64,000 nt of DNA from Azolla caroliniana (lineage: Eukaryota > Plantae > Polypodiophyta). The notes beneath the pieces are model-generated. The model saw only the letters and a list, made by a program, of their open reading frames with translations, did no database searches and was not told the DNA's origin. Position numbers and translations under genes: made by a program. Below are positions 28,508-46,045 of the stretch, piece after piece. Each line of letters begins with the position of its first letter. The stretch's first letter is position 1. The DNA lies in the NCBI GenBank assembly GCA_043228905.1, contig JBHGNT010000001.1:1178001-1242000 (forward strand). Reading direction: 5' to 3'.

Positions 28508-29004
28508 AACCAATGGTATATGAACAAGAGGAGGTTGCATATGCTATTATGATGAGACATGGTTTGATGGAAAAAAATTTGACCCCTCTGAATCCACAAA
28601 TACAAACTGATAAACCTCAAATATGGCAATTGGTAAGTAGTATTACAATTTGGTATATTTGGAAGGCTCGATGTTTGAAGGTATTTCCAAATGTGACAGA
28701 AAGACCTACCCAAATAATTCTGGGAATTCGAATAGAGATTGTGCATAATCTCAGAGAGATTTTGGATAGTATAAAAGACGCATCAAGCGGAGCTTAGGCG
28801 TGTGGAGTTTCATGCCATTTGGGACATAGGTATATTTTATAGATGGCGTTTTGATAAGGTGGAGTGGTTCTACTCAACACCAATGTGTTTATTTAAGCCG
28901 ATGGTTAGAATTTAGAAAAACATAGGGGATCGGTGGTATATCTTGTATGTTTAGCCTTATGGCGTTTTCTAATACTAATGTAGTATCTTTTTTTGGAAAA
29001 AAAA
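28508..29004 (+). mobile_element. 5'-truncated LINE copy with target-site duplication
   Basis: WQLVSSITIWYIWKARCLKVF and the same 3' UTR and tail as the 27 kb copy. Flanked by CTTATCTTA at 28499-28507 and 29007-29015. Confidence 0.82.
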
Positions 29005-32000
29005 GGCTTATCTTATATAACATTTATTTAGACAAAACTAAATGTTGTAGTGATTAGTGCGGTTCATGAAAGTAGTCCAATGATGATGCTCATGTAAAAT
29101 CTTTGTGAATAGGAAAGGGTAAAACCATGGATTGTCTACACATATGTAGTTTTATGGAAAACCATATGGAAAGTTTATTAAAGAAAGGAGTCATATAAGG
29201 GTACAAGAGAGTGGGTTTTTTTGCAACATGAAAATAGCTCATTCATCTTCGTCATCTCCTCTAGCATGAGATACTTCTTGCACATCATCATCGACATCAA
29301 CAACATCATCATCATCATTGTCTTCGTCATCATCATCAAGTTCACGATGTTGTTCCTCGTGACCAGTCTCCACATGCGGAGCTTCCTCTTGCTCTTTGAG
29401 CTCTTTTTCCTCATCACCTTCATGTACATCCCCTATAGTTTCCTTCGGTACTTCCTCCACAATTTCCTCTGGAATGTCTTCCTAAAAAAGTTTACTTGTA
29501 CACAGTTAATAATTAGCTGAAAGTTGTGTCCAACATTTTAGACTCCAAAAAAAGAACTATATATGCTTGATCAAAATTGTGGCTCCTAATAACATTGAAA
29601 ATTAAGATTCACTACATAAAAAAAAGCAACATTGATCATCACATTAGATCAATATTGTGCATTAATATATCTCATAATCCTAATTAGGCTAACAACTACT
29701 GAATTGACCTTCATTGATAGTGAAATCTTGATTGCTATGTCTCTCATTACTAAATGGAATTACAAGAACGTCGATTCTTGAGAATAACAAAAGTGCTTTA
29801 CTAATGTACTAATAAAACATATTGGAACACAACAAAAGGGTGGTGAAATACCTAGTTACATATTGTCATCCCTATACTAGTAAAAATGAAGATGACTAAT
29901 TACCCTCCTCTATACTCATCACCATGATCTTGAAATTGGGAATGGTTAATGGAAATGTGTAGGTAGACCAAACCACATCTGCACACTTTTCCCAAGTAAG
30001 AATCACCTTGAAACTTTGATGTGGAGTAATATTCAAGGTCTTATATCCTAGGCTCTAACACAACTTTAGTCTTTAAGACTAATGAACGACACTCATCATC
30101 ATTGACATATATATAATTTTTATCTAGGTATAGGAGAGACCTTAAAAACAAATACACGAGCCTTAGGATGACAATAATGCATCACCACCATCTCATTAAG
30201 ATTGGTTATCCCTTGTCTAGTTGGTTTTCTAAACCTATATTTTATACTTAAGTTATCTTAATGTTCCATTCTCGAATTTGTTGTTTCTAGTGATTGAAAT
30301 TAGACAAAAGAAAATTACCTTAGAATTAATAAAAGTTCATAATCAAATCAATCAAGTGTTTACTCACGACACTACTTGGATTAGCATGAATATTAATACC
30401 TTTTCATGGGTTGACATTGCTCTTACTTATTAGCTTCCCCTCTTGCAATAATTAAGGATAGCTTACACCATGTGAAATATGTGCCTTATATATAGGTCTT
30501 CCAGGTAGTCCATCAATAATTCAAAACCCTATAGTGTATGATAAAAACTACTACTTTTGTGGCCTTTTGATTTCCTTATTCTTGGTTAAGACTCTCCACT
30601 AACTTTGTTAAGCCCGATTCAATGATTTTATCACCTTCGCATTGTCCTTTTTGTTCCATAGACAACACAAAACAAGAATAACCATAATGAAGCATCTTTC
30701 TTTGCAAAGAAGTGGGATGATATTATTCTCATTTGTGCCTTTCTTACATGTTCTGTACATAAATTGCTTCGACATAAATCACACTTCAATTTCATTGTAT
30801 GCTAAAGCTCACATGTTGTGGTCAAGCAACATGGAAGTTATTATTAAATATCTAATTGGTAAGGATTTCAATGATGAAAACAATAAACAAATAAATATTG
30901 ATGACAGATCGATTTGAAATAACTAAATGAAGAGTTGTTGTTTTGTTACATTGTGCATAAAATGGAAAGGCACATAGTTTAAACATTGCATCGTAAAATA
31001 TTCATTCGCTTACTATGGAACATGTAGTCAATCATTTCTCATTTTGGTTACTATCTTAATTACATTTAACTTTTTGCACCTCATAAAGCTAATACATGGA
31101 TTCGCAACAACACTGTCACTCATAAAACTTCTCAATCCCGAGTCATATCTCATTGGCAAGCCAACATCACTTCAAATGGATTTCTACTGCATAACTTAAA
31201 ACATTGCAACATCTATATTAGATTCATTAAAACCTAAGAAGGAAATTCATTTTTTTTTAATAATATATCTTGTAGGTTTTAGGAGCCTTTGCCAAATGTC
31301 AATAGCTAAGGTAGGTCCATTTTCATGTAGAGATGGGCATTGCAATTCATCTTGTAGATTCCAAAATGTATTTGAGTGATCATTATGAAATATAGTGTCG
31401 TCACACATTGTAGATTGACATTCACATATCAACTAGCGTATGATGTAGAAAGCATATTGGCATTTAACATTATTACGTTACATTTTGTTTAACTTCGTAA
31501 GAAGACCTAGCAAGAAATAAAGCATCAATGTGATATCCATCAATCTTGGATCATGAAGAGGCTATTGAGTCTCAAAGCCATTTGACGAGGTAAGGAAAAC
31601 ATGATCGAGTTGTGACCCAAGGATGGCACTAGGGAACCTACCATTTTAGTTCCCATTCATGATTGCCAAGTGCAACAAACTACCCCTTTGACCCCCAAAT
31701 GGAAAAAAGGAAGTGATTAAATTGAAGCACAGACTCATCCAAACCCTAACCCTGACCAATGTAGACGTACACCCAATAACCGGTCTTTACAATTTGTATC
31801 GAGTAAGACAAGACCATACCAAGGTCCAAATCAATGTCCTGGCAAATTGCATTGAGCATGGCGGACGCAAACCAATGCCGACAATTTGTTTCAAGCAAGA
31901 GACAAAGCTTGAATAGATCGAATAACACCTCGAATCGACAGCGTGTCTTGAGCAAGACGAAACCTTGACCCCGAACCAAATAAGACCCCGAAGCGAGAGA

Positions 32001-32203
32001 CGTAGGCAAGTGACTAATTCACTTGCGCACTCACTTACGGGATGGCCACGTTTAACATGTCTATGTACATACATACATTACATATGCACATACATTATTC
32101 CATACATACATATATGATATGTACATACATTACATACATACATACGTTAATTGAATGCTAAAACCCTCGCAGAGTTTCCCCGACTCTGTTACCAGGCACG
32201 GCC

Positions 32204-32557
32204 ATGGCGAAGCTACTGCTCTCGTTGTCATCCAGAGGCAAATCCTTCTCCATGCAGATGTCTTGGAGTGGCGCTTTAGGTTTCCAAAGAGCGTCTTTCC
32301 GGCCGGAGAAAACCCTCCCTTTTCATACCTCTGTTTCTTCTCTGCAAGCACGCCAGCGGCAGCGCAATCCTCCTCCTCCTCCTCCTCCTCCTCCTGCCGA
32401 TTCTTCTTCTTCATCATCATCATCATCATCAGATAGTGATCCTGATTATGATGCGGATTTCTTTGACGACAGTGACGATATCCCGATACCAATCTTCACA
32501 AGTAGTGACGATGACACCGAGGAAATTAAAAGAACAAGAACAAGTAAAAAGAAGTAG
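32204..32557 (+). CDS. Hypothetical 117-aa protein with transit-peptide-like N-terminus, poly-Pro/poly-Ser and acidic C-terminus
   Basis: Start context GCCATGGCG in a GC-richer island. The N-terminus is S/R/L-rich and nearly free of acidic residues. No homology recognised. Confidence 0.4.
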   Translation: MAKLLLSLSSRGKSFSMQMSWSGALGFQRASFRPEKTLPFHTSVSSLQARQRQRNPPPPPPPPPADSSSSSSSSSSDSDPDYDADFFDDSDDIPIPIFTSSDDDTEEIKRTRTSKKK

Positions 32558-32572
32558 ATTTTCTACACCCTT

Positions 32573-32575
<3 letters not shown>

Positions 32576-32626
<51 letters not shown>
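32576..32626. repeat. (CT)n microsatellite
   Basis: Directly visible. Confidence 0.95.
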
Positions 32627-32629
<3 letters not shown>

Positions 32630-35540
32630 GTGTCTCTGTGTCTATGTCGGATGTATACTGGTTCAAGTCTCATTTTGGCCAAAAAAGAGAAGAAGAAGAA
32701 GAAGACATATGCAATTATATATTGGCGTATGTGAAAACGAAGTCTTTTACACAATTGTATCCCATATATTTAATGAAGATTTTTGTTGTTTTCTTGAATG
32801 CTGGTTATTCTAGACAAGTAATTGCATATGCGCATACACATGCACATGTATATACACGTACACATACACATACACATACATGTGCTTACAGGTTAGATTC
32901 ATTCATGCATTATTCTAGACCAAAGCAATAAACCCAAAATGCAGAATAAGCTTGTGAAATCTTGACGTTATTGGCAGAGAACATGTAGCCCCACAAAGGG
33001 AAACTTAAAGCCTCACCTGCAGCAAGCTGGTATTTTACAGCTGGTAGATTAGGTTGATATCTCCAACATTGTAGATTATTGGCCAATCTCGTGTCAACAT
33101 TGGTCGTGCAATGACCTTCACCACCCTCTTGACAAGGGGATAGAATATGAGAATGAAGAAGAGATTTCCAAGGAACTTCTTTATAGTCATTTGGGATGCA
33201 TTACATTGATTGACCCATCATGTACTTGTTCCTTACATGCTAAACCATTTTTATTTTTTTTTCTGAGAATATATCCTCCATTGGTATTAGAATTGCAATG
33301 GCCAGAGGCCTTATACAAAATAGTCCAATATTACATATGACCGTAGTCAATCTTTGTAGGTAAATAAAGTAAGAAACAGACGTAGGCAATCTTTAGACAC
33401 AAAGAAAATACAATGAAGCCATATCCGTCTCCAAGTCAACAAGATGACTAGTCCAACCTCCAGACAAAAACAAGCAAAGGAGTCTCAATATACATGAAGC
33501 ATTGAACCAAATCAAGGTCATCAGCCTCAATGCCTCTTTTTACCTTACCTTGCAGTTAAAATCCAACTTCATGAAAGAGCATAGTTACATGCTAAACCAT
33601 TCACACGTATATGTTATGCTTTTGACATACTCTGTCATATCTCGCTTGCTTATTTGGCACACACTCCTAACACATAGCACACGGTCACTGCATTGGAAAT
33701 AAAGGAGTACGTGTATCCCATTTCTCTTCTATTTTAGGTTTCAATTGTGATGTGTGACTTTTATGACTCTCCTATTGGTTGGGTTCTTGTCCCAATATTA
33801 TATTTAGTTGTATTTCAGTGTAATGCAACCTATGTACAAGCCTGTCTTGTGAAGTCTTGCTAGGCGTAAGAGGTGGAAATCCTACATTTAATAGATAATA
33901 AGAGGAGAGGAACACGGATAGAAAACGAAAGACCAATAACCATGGATGTGCCTATATCAAATCAACAAAAGGGACAAGTGCCAAGGTCTAATGTAGGGCT
34001 TGTTGCATCTTGATCAATCTGGGGGTCACCAATTGCAAAGGTCAAGAAGAGACCCAAGTTTAGTTAAGGAAGTTGTGGGGAAGACAATTAAGCACAGTAG
34101 GAAAGAACTTAGTGAATGACCTGCTATTCTCTTCTATTTTCATTTGGAATCCAGACATTTTTACAACTCTTTCCTCCATCCCATGAGTCTTCCAATTATC
34201 TTATGATAAACATCATTTATTGATGTTTTGGCAAGACTGCCATTCCCAACAAATATCCCATCAAGCTTTTCTGATCCTAAATCCAAATCTGGGATCAAAC
34301 CTTGTAATATCAAGAAACCTTGTAACTTATCCCACATATATCTATAACCTCTTGGAATACCAAATGTTGGTTGTGAACTTTAATTGTTTTTGTGTGACTA
34401 GTATGACATATTGTACAATAATCAATCCTAATTGAACCATTCGATAAAATTGAAAATGAAGAGCTTCCTTCCCATCCCCTCCATTTGTGAAGAATTAACA
34501 CACTCTATTCGTAGAAGTACCAATAGTCTCTCCCTCTCTCTCGGATTGTGTGCAGAAGATTCACAATAAATTGTGTCTGATTTGTTATTGCTCTTGACAT
34601 TCTTAATAGTTGAATCAAGTTTTTTTAATGCGAATTAAATTTAAAAGGTTTTAATAGTTATGTTGCCTTTGGGAGAATAATTGGCTTAATTTACTAATTT
34701 GTTAAAAATATCAAGAGTGAAACCATCCACTGATGTTTTATGAGATAAAACCTAGTGAACCTTACAGGGACACTTGGGACATGACTCATGAAGATTATAA
34801 TGCAGCTGAAACTTTTCCCTAAATCACTTCATTTGATGACTTTCAACCATGTTTATCATCGAGAATTTGCTCAATGAAGTCAAATTGATCTATAAAGGAT
34901 GTGCTGCATATCCTACCGCCAACATATTGAAACGTATAGTAAACTCTTCTAAGGAATTGTTAGTCTTGCTTTGCTTTAATTGGAAGTGAGGAACTGAAGA
35001 TTTTATTGTGGGGATTACTAATATGGCCAGAGCATAACTATAGACAGAAACTTTTCATAAAACTAATCAACTCTTAAAGGCATTTTAATTTAACCCCAAG
35101 GTTAACCATTGAAACATATAGAAAATGTGAATTATAGATGAATTAAAAAAAAGCCGCCTTGCTCTGCTTAATTTGGAGAGGAACTTCAATATTTTCTTTG
35201 TGTTGATTATTGATACAGCAAGATCATGGCTAGTGGCAGACGAGAAAAGTCATAAGTATAATTTACTTATTATCTAAACTTTTCAAAAATCTAACTAAAT
35301 CTGAAAAATAATTGGCTGTCTCCGTAGTGGTTGACATTTAACTCACAACTTAACCATTTCCTGTTCTTCAATTGTAACTCTTAACGTCCTTTTGTTAGTC
35401 CATTTCGTTCACTCTTCATTAACAATAAAACCCAAGTTTAAAGATTTGTTAACACATTTTGTTCTGTCCACATTCCTTTACTTGAAAGACATCAAAATAA
35501 CTTCTTTTATGTTATTCCATTTAGTTCACTCGTAACTAGC

Positions 35541-35624
35541 AATGCTCCCCAATAGTTGCAAAAAACTTTTGAAGGATATTGAGAAAACATGCCTCATATC
35601 ATTTTGCAACTATTGGGGAGCATT
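35541..35624. repeat. Perfect 23-bp inverted repeat (hairpin)
   Basis: AATGCTCCCCAATAGTTGCAAAA (35541-35563) pairs with TTTTGCAACTATTGGGGAGCATT (35602-35624). Confidence 0.9.
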
Positions 35625-35971
35625 TGATTTAACAATCGTAAGTTTAAGCGCTTTGAACAACTTGCAAAATAGACTATTCTAATACCCGATACCTACGCCC
35701 AAGCTAAAAATTTCATGTTGAATTTGGTAACACAAAAGATGTGCCATTTTCCCTAAAATGCAAGAAGAGACAGGGTACAAAATAATTTACATGTCAAACA
35801 TTGGAGACCATGTACAAAGTCTTTTTGAGGGTTTTCATTTAATTTATATATAGAGAATAATCATCACAAGTACTTTCTAGAAAGATGAGAACCAAGCTCA
35901 AGGATGCTTCCTTTTTTTGTCTTTCTTGGACAAACTATACAAAGTTGTGATGATATGAGGACAGATTCATG

Positions 35972-40862
<4,891 letters not shown>

Positions 40863-42489
40863 GGATGGATGCAAGAAGAAAAGAAAGGTTGTATAGCCCT
40901 GAGGGCAAGCAAGATGGGTTAAAGAGGGCCAAAAAAAAGGACACTATTCAGGAACATATAAACCAACCATTTGGCCTCTCTAAGACTTGGGAGGGGGTCT
41001 CCGTTTGTGGTGGTAGATGATAAGGGTTCCCTGGCCCATATCTTTTTACTCGCGCTTGCTTGTTGGTTTATTATTTACACTCTCGCGTTCATGTGCTTTC
41101 TGCACATCCCAATGTCACACATACATGACTGAATGTAGGTTTCATCCTTCAATGGTTCCACCTCATTCATCCATTCTTCATTCTTTCCTTTTGTAAATCA
41201 TTCGTGGCTTCGAGAACTTCTACTATATTGTCAGCCTCACCTGCCTGGCATATGTTAACTATGCAATATCGAAGTAGATGAAAAAATCGTGAAGAATAGC
41301 ACTTCATTGATGCTTCCACATCCTTGAAAACAATACTTCAGCCTTGGGAGAAAAAGGTACAAATTTCCATGGAACCTTATGGGTTTGTCGAGTCTTCGAT
41401 GTTTATGTCTTGCTTCAATTGCATGCCCTCGATTCGAGTGTTCTTCATAATTCATGATATCATATCACTGAGATGCGTATGATTTCATTTTCTTACTAAT
41501 CGTAATTACCTTACCCTTGTTAGATTGCTAATCCTAAGCCTTGGGTTCGAGGCTCGATTATCACACTTCTCTATTACACCATACATACATGTTCTCTCCC
41601 TCTCTCTTTCACGCGCCCACACACAAACAAACAATTGTGTCATCATTGCCAATCACAGAGTCCCTAGATGTTAAGTCATTTATGTCAGAAACGAATGCTA
41701 GTTAGGGCTTGTTTAACACGAATACGAGAGTACACATTGCGAAGATATGACACCATTACTCATGTGTTTGGACACTCACGATTGGGTGTGAGCATGGAAG
41801 AGTTATATTATATGTAGATATGGTTGGTAAATTAAATAGTCTCATATGGTCTTTTACATATGTTTGTTGACCATACATCCTTGTGAGATTGAGATATTGG
41901 TAGGGAGGATATAGCATTGCGTAGAAGCTCTTGGCCATGGCGCAAAGTGAGAACACGGCAAAGCAACAAAACATACAACAGAGAAAAATATGATTTCAAA
42001 CGCGTGATGAAACTATGGTTAGTTAGTGAGGAACTTTATGCACATGAGGTAAAAAGTCAACCGATATGGATAAACAGCTTCCCAAAAAAACACGCCGCTA
42101 TTTATAGGTAGCACCAAAAAGGAAGACATATTTGGGACATAAAAAAAAGCATCCGACATTCTTTTGCTTTTTCTCTTTTTGTTTTGCCGTGTTTTAACTA
42201 TTTCTAGGTAATACAAATATATACTGTATGTATTAACTTATTTAGTATGTAAACAAATTAAAATTCTGTCTTTTCGTGCCTGTAGTCTGGAGTAAATAAA
42301 TAAAAAATGTCAAAAAATAAGATAAAGTAGCAATACATGAATTAAAAAAAACCGAGTAAGATAAAAAAAAAAATTTTAAAAATTAGAAATGAAACAAAAG
42401 ATTTAAAAACCGTGACAACCCATTTTTATATTTATTTTTATATTTGCAGTCTTGCGTTTCGCTTTTCGCTTTTTGGTGGGCGTTTTGGG

Positions 42490-42522
<33 letters not shown>

Positions 42523-42656
42523 ATGGGTAGAGAGAGTTACATACATATGTCCGTATTTTTTAACATATGTACATACATACATACAGACTGATACACATAC
42601 ATACGTAGAGCAGCCAGGCGAGGCGGGTTTTAGAAAGAAAGACAGAAAAGAGAAGG

Positions 42657-44318
42657 ATGGAAACAGCTATGGAGGAGGAGGAGGAGGAGGCGATGAAGGT
42701 GAGGCGCGAGGGGAAGCAGCAGAAGAAGGAGAAGGAGAAGGAGAAGGAGAAGGAGGAGAAGGTGGTGGGGAGCAGGTATGTCCTGCTGTGCACCATCCTG
42801 GCAACAGTGAGCTCGGTGCTGTTGGGCTACGACATCGGCATCATGAGTGGTGCCCTCCTCTTCGTCAGCAAGGAGCTAAGCCTCTCCTTAATCCAGCAGG
42901 AGATCATCGTGGGTTCCCTGAATCTGGTGTCCATATTGGGGGCGGCGTGCGCGGGGCGGCTGGCGGACGCGATCGGGCGGCGGCACACCATGCTGATGGC
43001 GTCCGCCATCTTCTTCGCAGGCGCCGTGGTGCTGGCGTCGGCGCGCTCCTTCGCCACGCTCCTGGCGGGCCGCCTCGTGGAGGGCGTCGGCGTCGGCTTC
43101 GCCATGATGATCGCCCCCGTCTACTCCTCGGAGCTCGCCCCCGCCCGCGTCCGCGGCTGCCTCGTCTCCCTCACCGAGGTCTTCATCAACGCCGGCATCT
43201 TGCTGGGCTACCTCGTCAGCTTCGCCCTGGAGTCCCTCCCGCCGCACCTCAACTGGCGCCTCATGCTCGGCTTCGGCGCCATCCCCGCCGTCGTGCTCGC
43301 CCTGGGCGTCGGCGTCATGCCCGAGTCCCCCCGCTGGCTCGTCACCCAGCGCCGCGCCAAAGAAGCCCGCAAGGTCCTCTTGGCCTCCTCCGCCGGGGAC
43401 GAAGCCGAGGCCGACCGCCGCCTGTCCGACATCATGCGCGCCGTCGTCGGCTTCAACGACTACGACGCCGCGCTCGGGGACCACGCCAAGAAGAAGCAGC
43501 AAGGACACGGCGTCTGGCGCGAGCTCCTCTTCTTCCAAGCATCGCCCTTCGTCCGACGAATGCTCCTCTGCTCCCTCTGCATACACTTCTTCCAGCAGGC
43601 CAGCGGCATCGACGCCGCCGTTTACTACAGCCCCGTTGTCTTCGGGGAGGCCGGCATCACCAGCAAGATCGGTCGCCTCGGGGCCACCGTCGGAGTCGGC
43701 TTCACCAAGCTCCTCTTCATCTTCGTCGCCACCGCGTTGCTCGACAAGGTCGGCAGGAGACCCCTCCTCGCAATGTCGGCATGCGGCGTCGTGTTCTGTC
43801 TCTTTGCGCTCGCAATCTCCTTCATAATGCTCGGGATCAATACCGCTCAGGGAGACACTCTCATATCCGCCAAAACGATGCCACATGCGGGCTCATCGTC
43901 GAGATTCGGGGCCGGGATCACGATCTTCTTCATATGTGCATATGTCGGGAGCTTTTCTATAGGAATGGGGCCGATACCATGGGTGTTTGTCTCCGAAACG
44001 TTTCCAGTTAGGCTAAGAGCTCAAGCCATGGGTATGTGTGTGTTTTTGAATAGACTTATTAGTGGCATCGTCTCTCTCACGTTTTTAAGCATCTCCAAGG
44101 CCATCACACCTGCGGGTATCTTCTTCTTGTATGGGGGTATAGTAGTGGTTGCCATCGTTTTCATCATGTGTATCATGCCTGAGACCAAGGGTAAGAGCTT
44201 AGAAGAACTCAGTGCCTTGTTTGAAGAACCAACCAATGAATTACATAATAATATTGACAACGATAATGTTCCTTCTCGTCCACATGGTGGTCGTAGTAAT
44301 TGTATTTGTTTTCCTTAA
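42657..44318 (+). CDS. PLT: Polyol/monosaccharide transporter (MFS sugar porter, PLT/PMT subfamily), intronless, 553 aa
   Basis: Motifs GYDIGIMSGA, GRLADAIGRR, PVYSSELAP..RG, PESPRWL, FFQQASGIDA..YYSP, DKVGRRPLL and PETKG, with multiple hydrophobic segments. Confidence 0.93.
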   Translation: METAMEEEEEEAMKVRREGKQQKKEKEKEKEKEEKVVGSRYVLLCTILATVSSVLLGYDIGIMSGALLFVSKELSLSLIQQEIIVGSLNLVSILGAACAGRLADAIGRRHTMLMASAIFFAGAVVLASARSFATLLAGRLVEGVGVGFAMMIAPVYSSELAPARVRGCLVSLTEVFINAGILLGYLVSFALESLPPHLNWRLMLGFGAIPAVVLALGVGVMPESPRWLVTQRRAKEARKVLLASSAGDEAEADRRLSDIMRAVVGFNDYDAALGDHAKKKQQGHGVWRELLFFQASPFVRRMLLCSLCIHFFQQASGIDAAVYYSPVVFGEAGITSKIGRLGATVGVGFTKLLFIFVATALLDKVGRRPLLAMSACGVVFCLFALAISFIMLGINTAQGDTLISAKTMPHAGSSSRFGAGITIFFICAYVGSFSIGMGPIPWVFVSETFPVRLRAQAMGMCVFLNRLISGIVSLTFLSISKAITPAGIFFLYGGIVVVAIVFIMCIMPETKGKSLEELSALFEEPTNELHNNIDNDNVPSRPHGGRSNCICFP

Positions 44319-44757
44319 AAGCCTCTATGGACAAGCAAATACACGTAGAGTTATTCTTAACACTTACAAAATGCATACATATCATGGTGTCCCTTTCACA
44401 ATATTTTCCTTCCTTTTCACAGCTATTTCTTAACAATAACACACATCCATATAATTTATCCTTCCCAACTTTGAGACCATGTAATATATTCTTGTATTCA
44501 TTTTAAAAGTTCACTATATAATAAGAAAGTGTTAATGTTTTATTCTAAAAAAAACTCCCAAATTTCTTGTTCCATATGAGCTTGTTTCTTTGCAAAACCC
44601 CCCAACATCTTTGGTTATGAAGTATATCAAAGTGGCATGATATAATCTCCCATAACATGTCTATGATGAGTTTTTTTATCACGACTATAGGACGTGTGCA
44701 TTATGGCAAAATATCAAAAATCAAGTTACAACCTAATGCATATGAGTTGGTATTGAA

Positions 44758-45441
44758 TAGGAACCGGCAACGGCTCGACTCAAGCCTAAACCATTTTGCT
44801 AAACCGGTTAAAACGACTTAGTAGGTCGGCTCGGCTTGAGCCTTGCCAAACCGGCTCAAACTGGTTAAGTCGTTTATGTGATTTAATTAGGTTAAATACG
44901 GGCAGAGGGGTCGTGAGATGTGGATAAACGAGCAACATAGGTAGACCATAGAAGGGAGGGGGGATCCTCATAAGAGTATCTTCATCATTGCTAGAGAGTG
45001 AAGGCTCTTGGCCGTGACTATGTGTTTTCCTTCGTCATCATCACTCAGTGTTTGTGAGGAAAATGTGTGTGTAAAAATGGAACGAACACCTAATAAGAAG
45101 AATATAGTTTGTTAGAATGAGTGTGAGTTGTGACCTAGGGTCACCGCCAGACAAGGCTCAAGCTCAGGGTTGGGATTGGGCCAGGGATTGGGCTCAGGTT
45201 TAGGCTTAGGCTCAAGGCCGAGATCGAGACTCCTTTCCAAACTAATTATTGGCTTCCTCTAGCTCCTGCTTACATATTTTTGTACACAACAGAAACCAGT
45301 TCACAAACCAGTTTAGCCTAAACCAGTTTAGGGTTTGGTTTGGTTTAGGTTTGCACAACCCCCGAACGGTTTAGGCTTAACCGGTTTGGCTCGAATAAGG
45401 CCAAACTAGTTAAGCCCAAACCAAATTGTTGCCGATCCCTA
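44758..45441. mobile_element. Non-autonomous hAT-type DNA transposon (MITE), 684 bp
   Basis: Perfect 8-bp TSD GTATTGAA at 44750-44757 and 45442-45449. Imperfect TIRs TAGGAACCGGCAAC / GTTGCCGATCCCTA. Many subterminal AAACC(G/A)G motifs. Confidence 0.92.
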
Positions 45442-45763
45442 GTATTGAAGTTGAAAATGGTGTACTTACCATCTCTGAATCGTTCAACACAAACAATGGA
45501 TGTGATATACATGTCAAATTAATCGAAATAATGATGAGCAATTAGAAGTAATATGTACTTATATCGTAAAGCAATTCCCAAATAAGAACCACAAGATGAT
45601 TACATAGCCCAATTAAAGAAAGGTAAAGGAATAATTTTGCACATTCAAAAAAGAGAAAGGGAACCCTAACACATCAAACATCTCAAGGTTTCAATAATGG
45701 AACAATGCATTGGCATTTGAGAAATCCGCCATGACAGACATTGTACCCCATGTAGTTAGGACA

Positions 45764-45945
45764 AAGGGCCAAACCATATGTTCATTGCAAAATGGGAACC
45801 CCAAACCAGGCCGAATACATGTAAGGGGCAAAACATGTTCTCAACAAACTGGGAACCCCAAACTGGGCCGGATACATGTAAGGGCCAAAACATGTTCTCG
45901 AGAAACCGGGAACTCCAAAGCGGGCCGGATATACTGGGCAAGCCA
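45764..45945. repeat. About three copies of a 57-bp tandem repeat immediately upstream of the maturase-like gene
   Basis: GGGAAC(C/T)CCAAA recurs at 45794, 45851 and 45908 (period 57). The array contains GGGCC motifs. Confidence 0.88.
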
Positions 45946-46045
45946 TGGTCTCCGGATAGAAACTCTGGGTCGAGTGGGTCCAAAACGGAGGGGCATGTGG
46001 TGCAAATATGCAAAACCAGAAGAATGCTAGAAGAGACACCACAAC

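Noticed and set aside
29178-29520. Acidic minus-strand ORF (EEVPKETIG...DDDE)
   Set aside because: Low complexity and no convincing gene model; possibly a decayed TE or gene fragment.
33740-34620. Possible solo LTR
   Set aside because: I could not identify clear TG..CA ends, a TSD or a primer-binding site.
42452-44011. 519-aa + strand ORF and 332-aa - strand ORF (42888-43886)
   Set aside because: These are shadow frames of the GC-rich polyol transporter CDS, with biased composition and no domain motifs.
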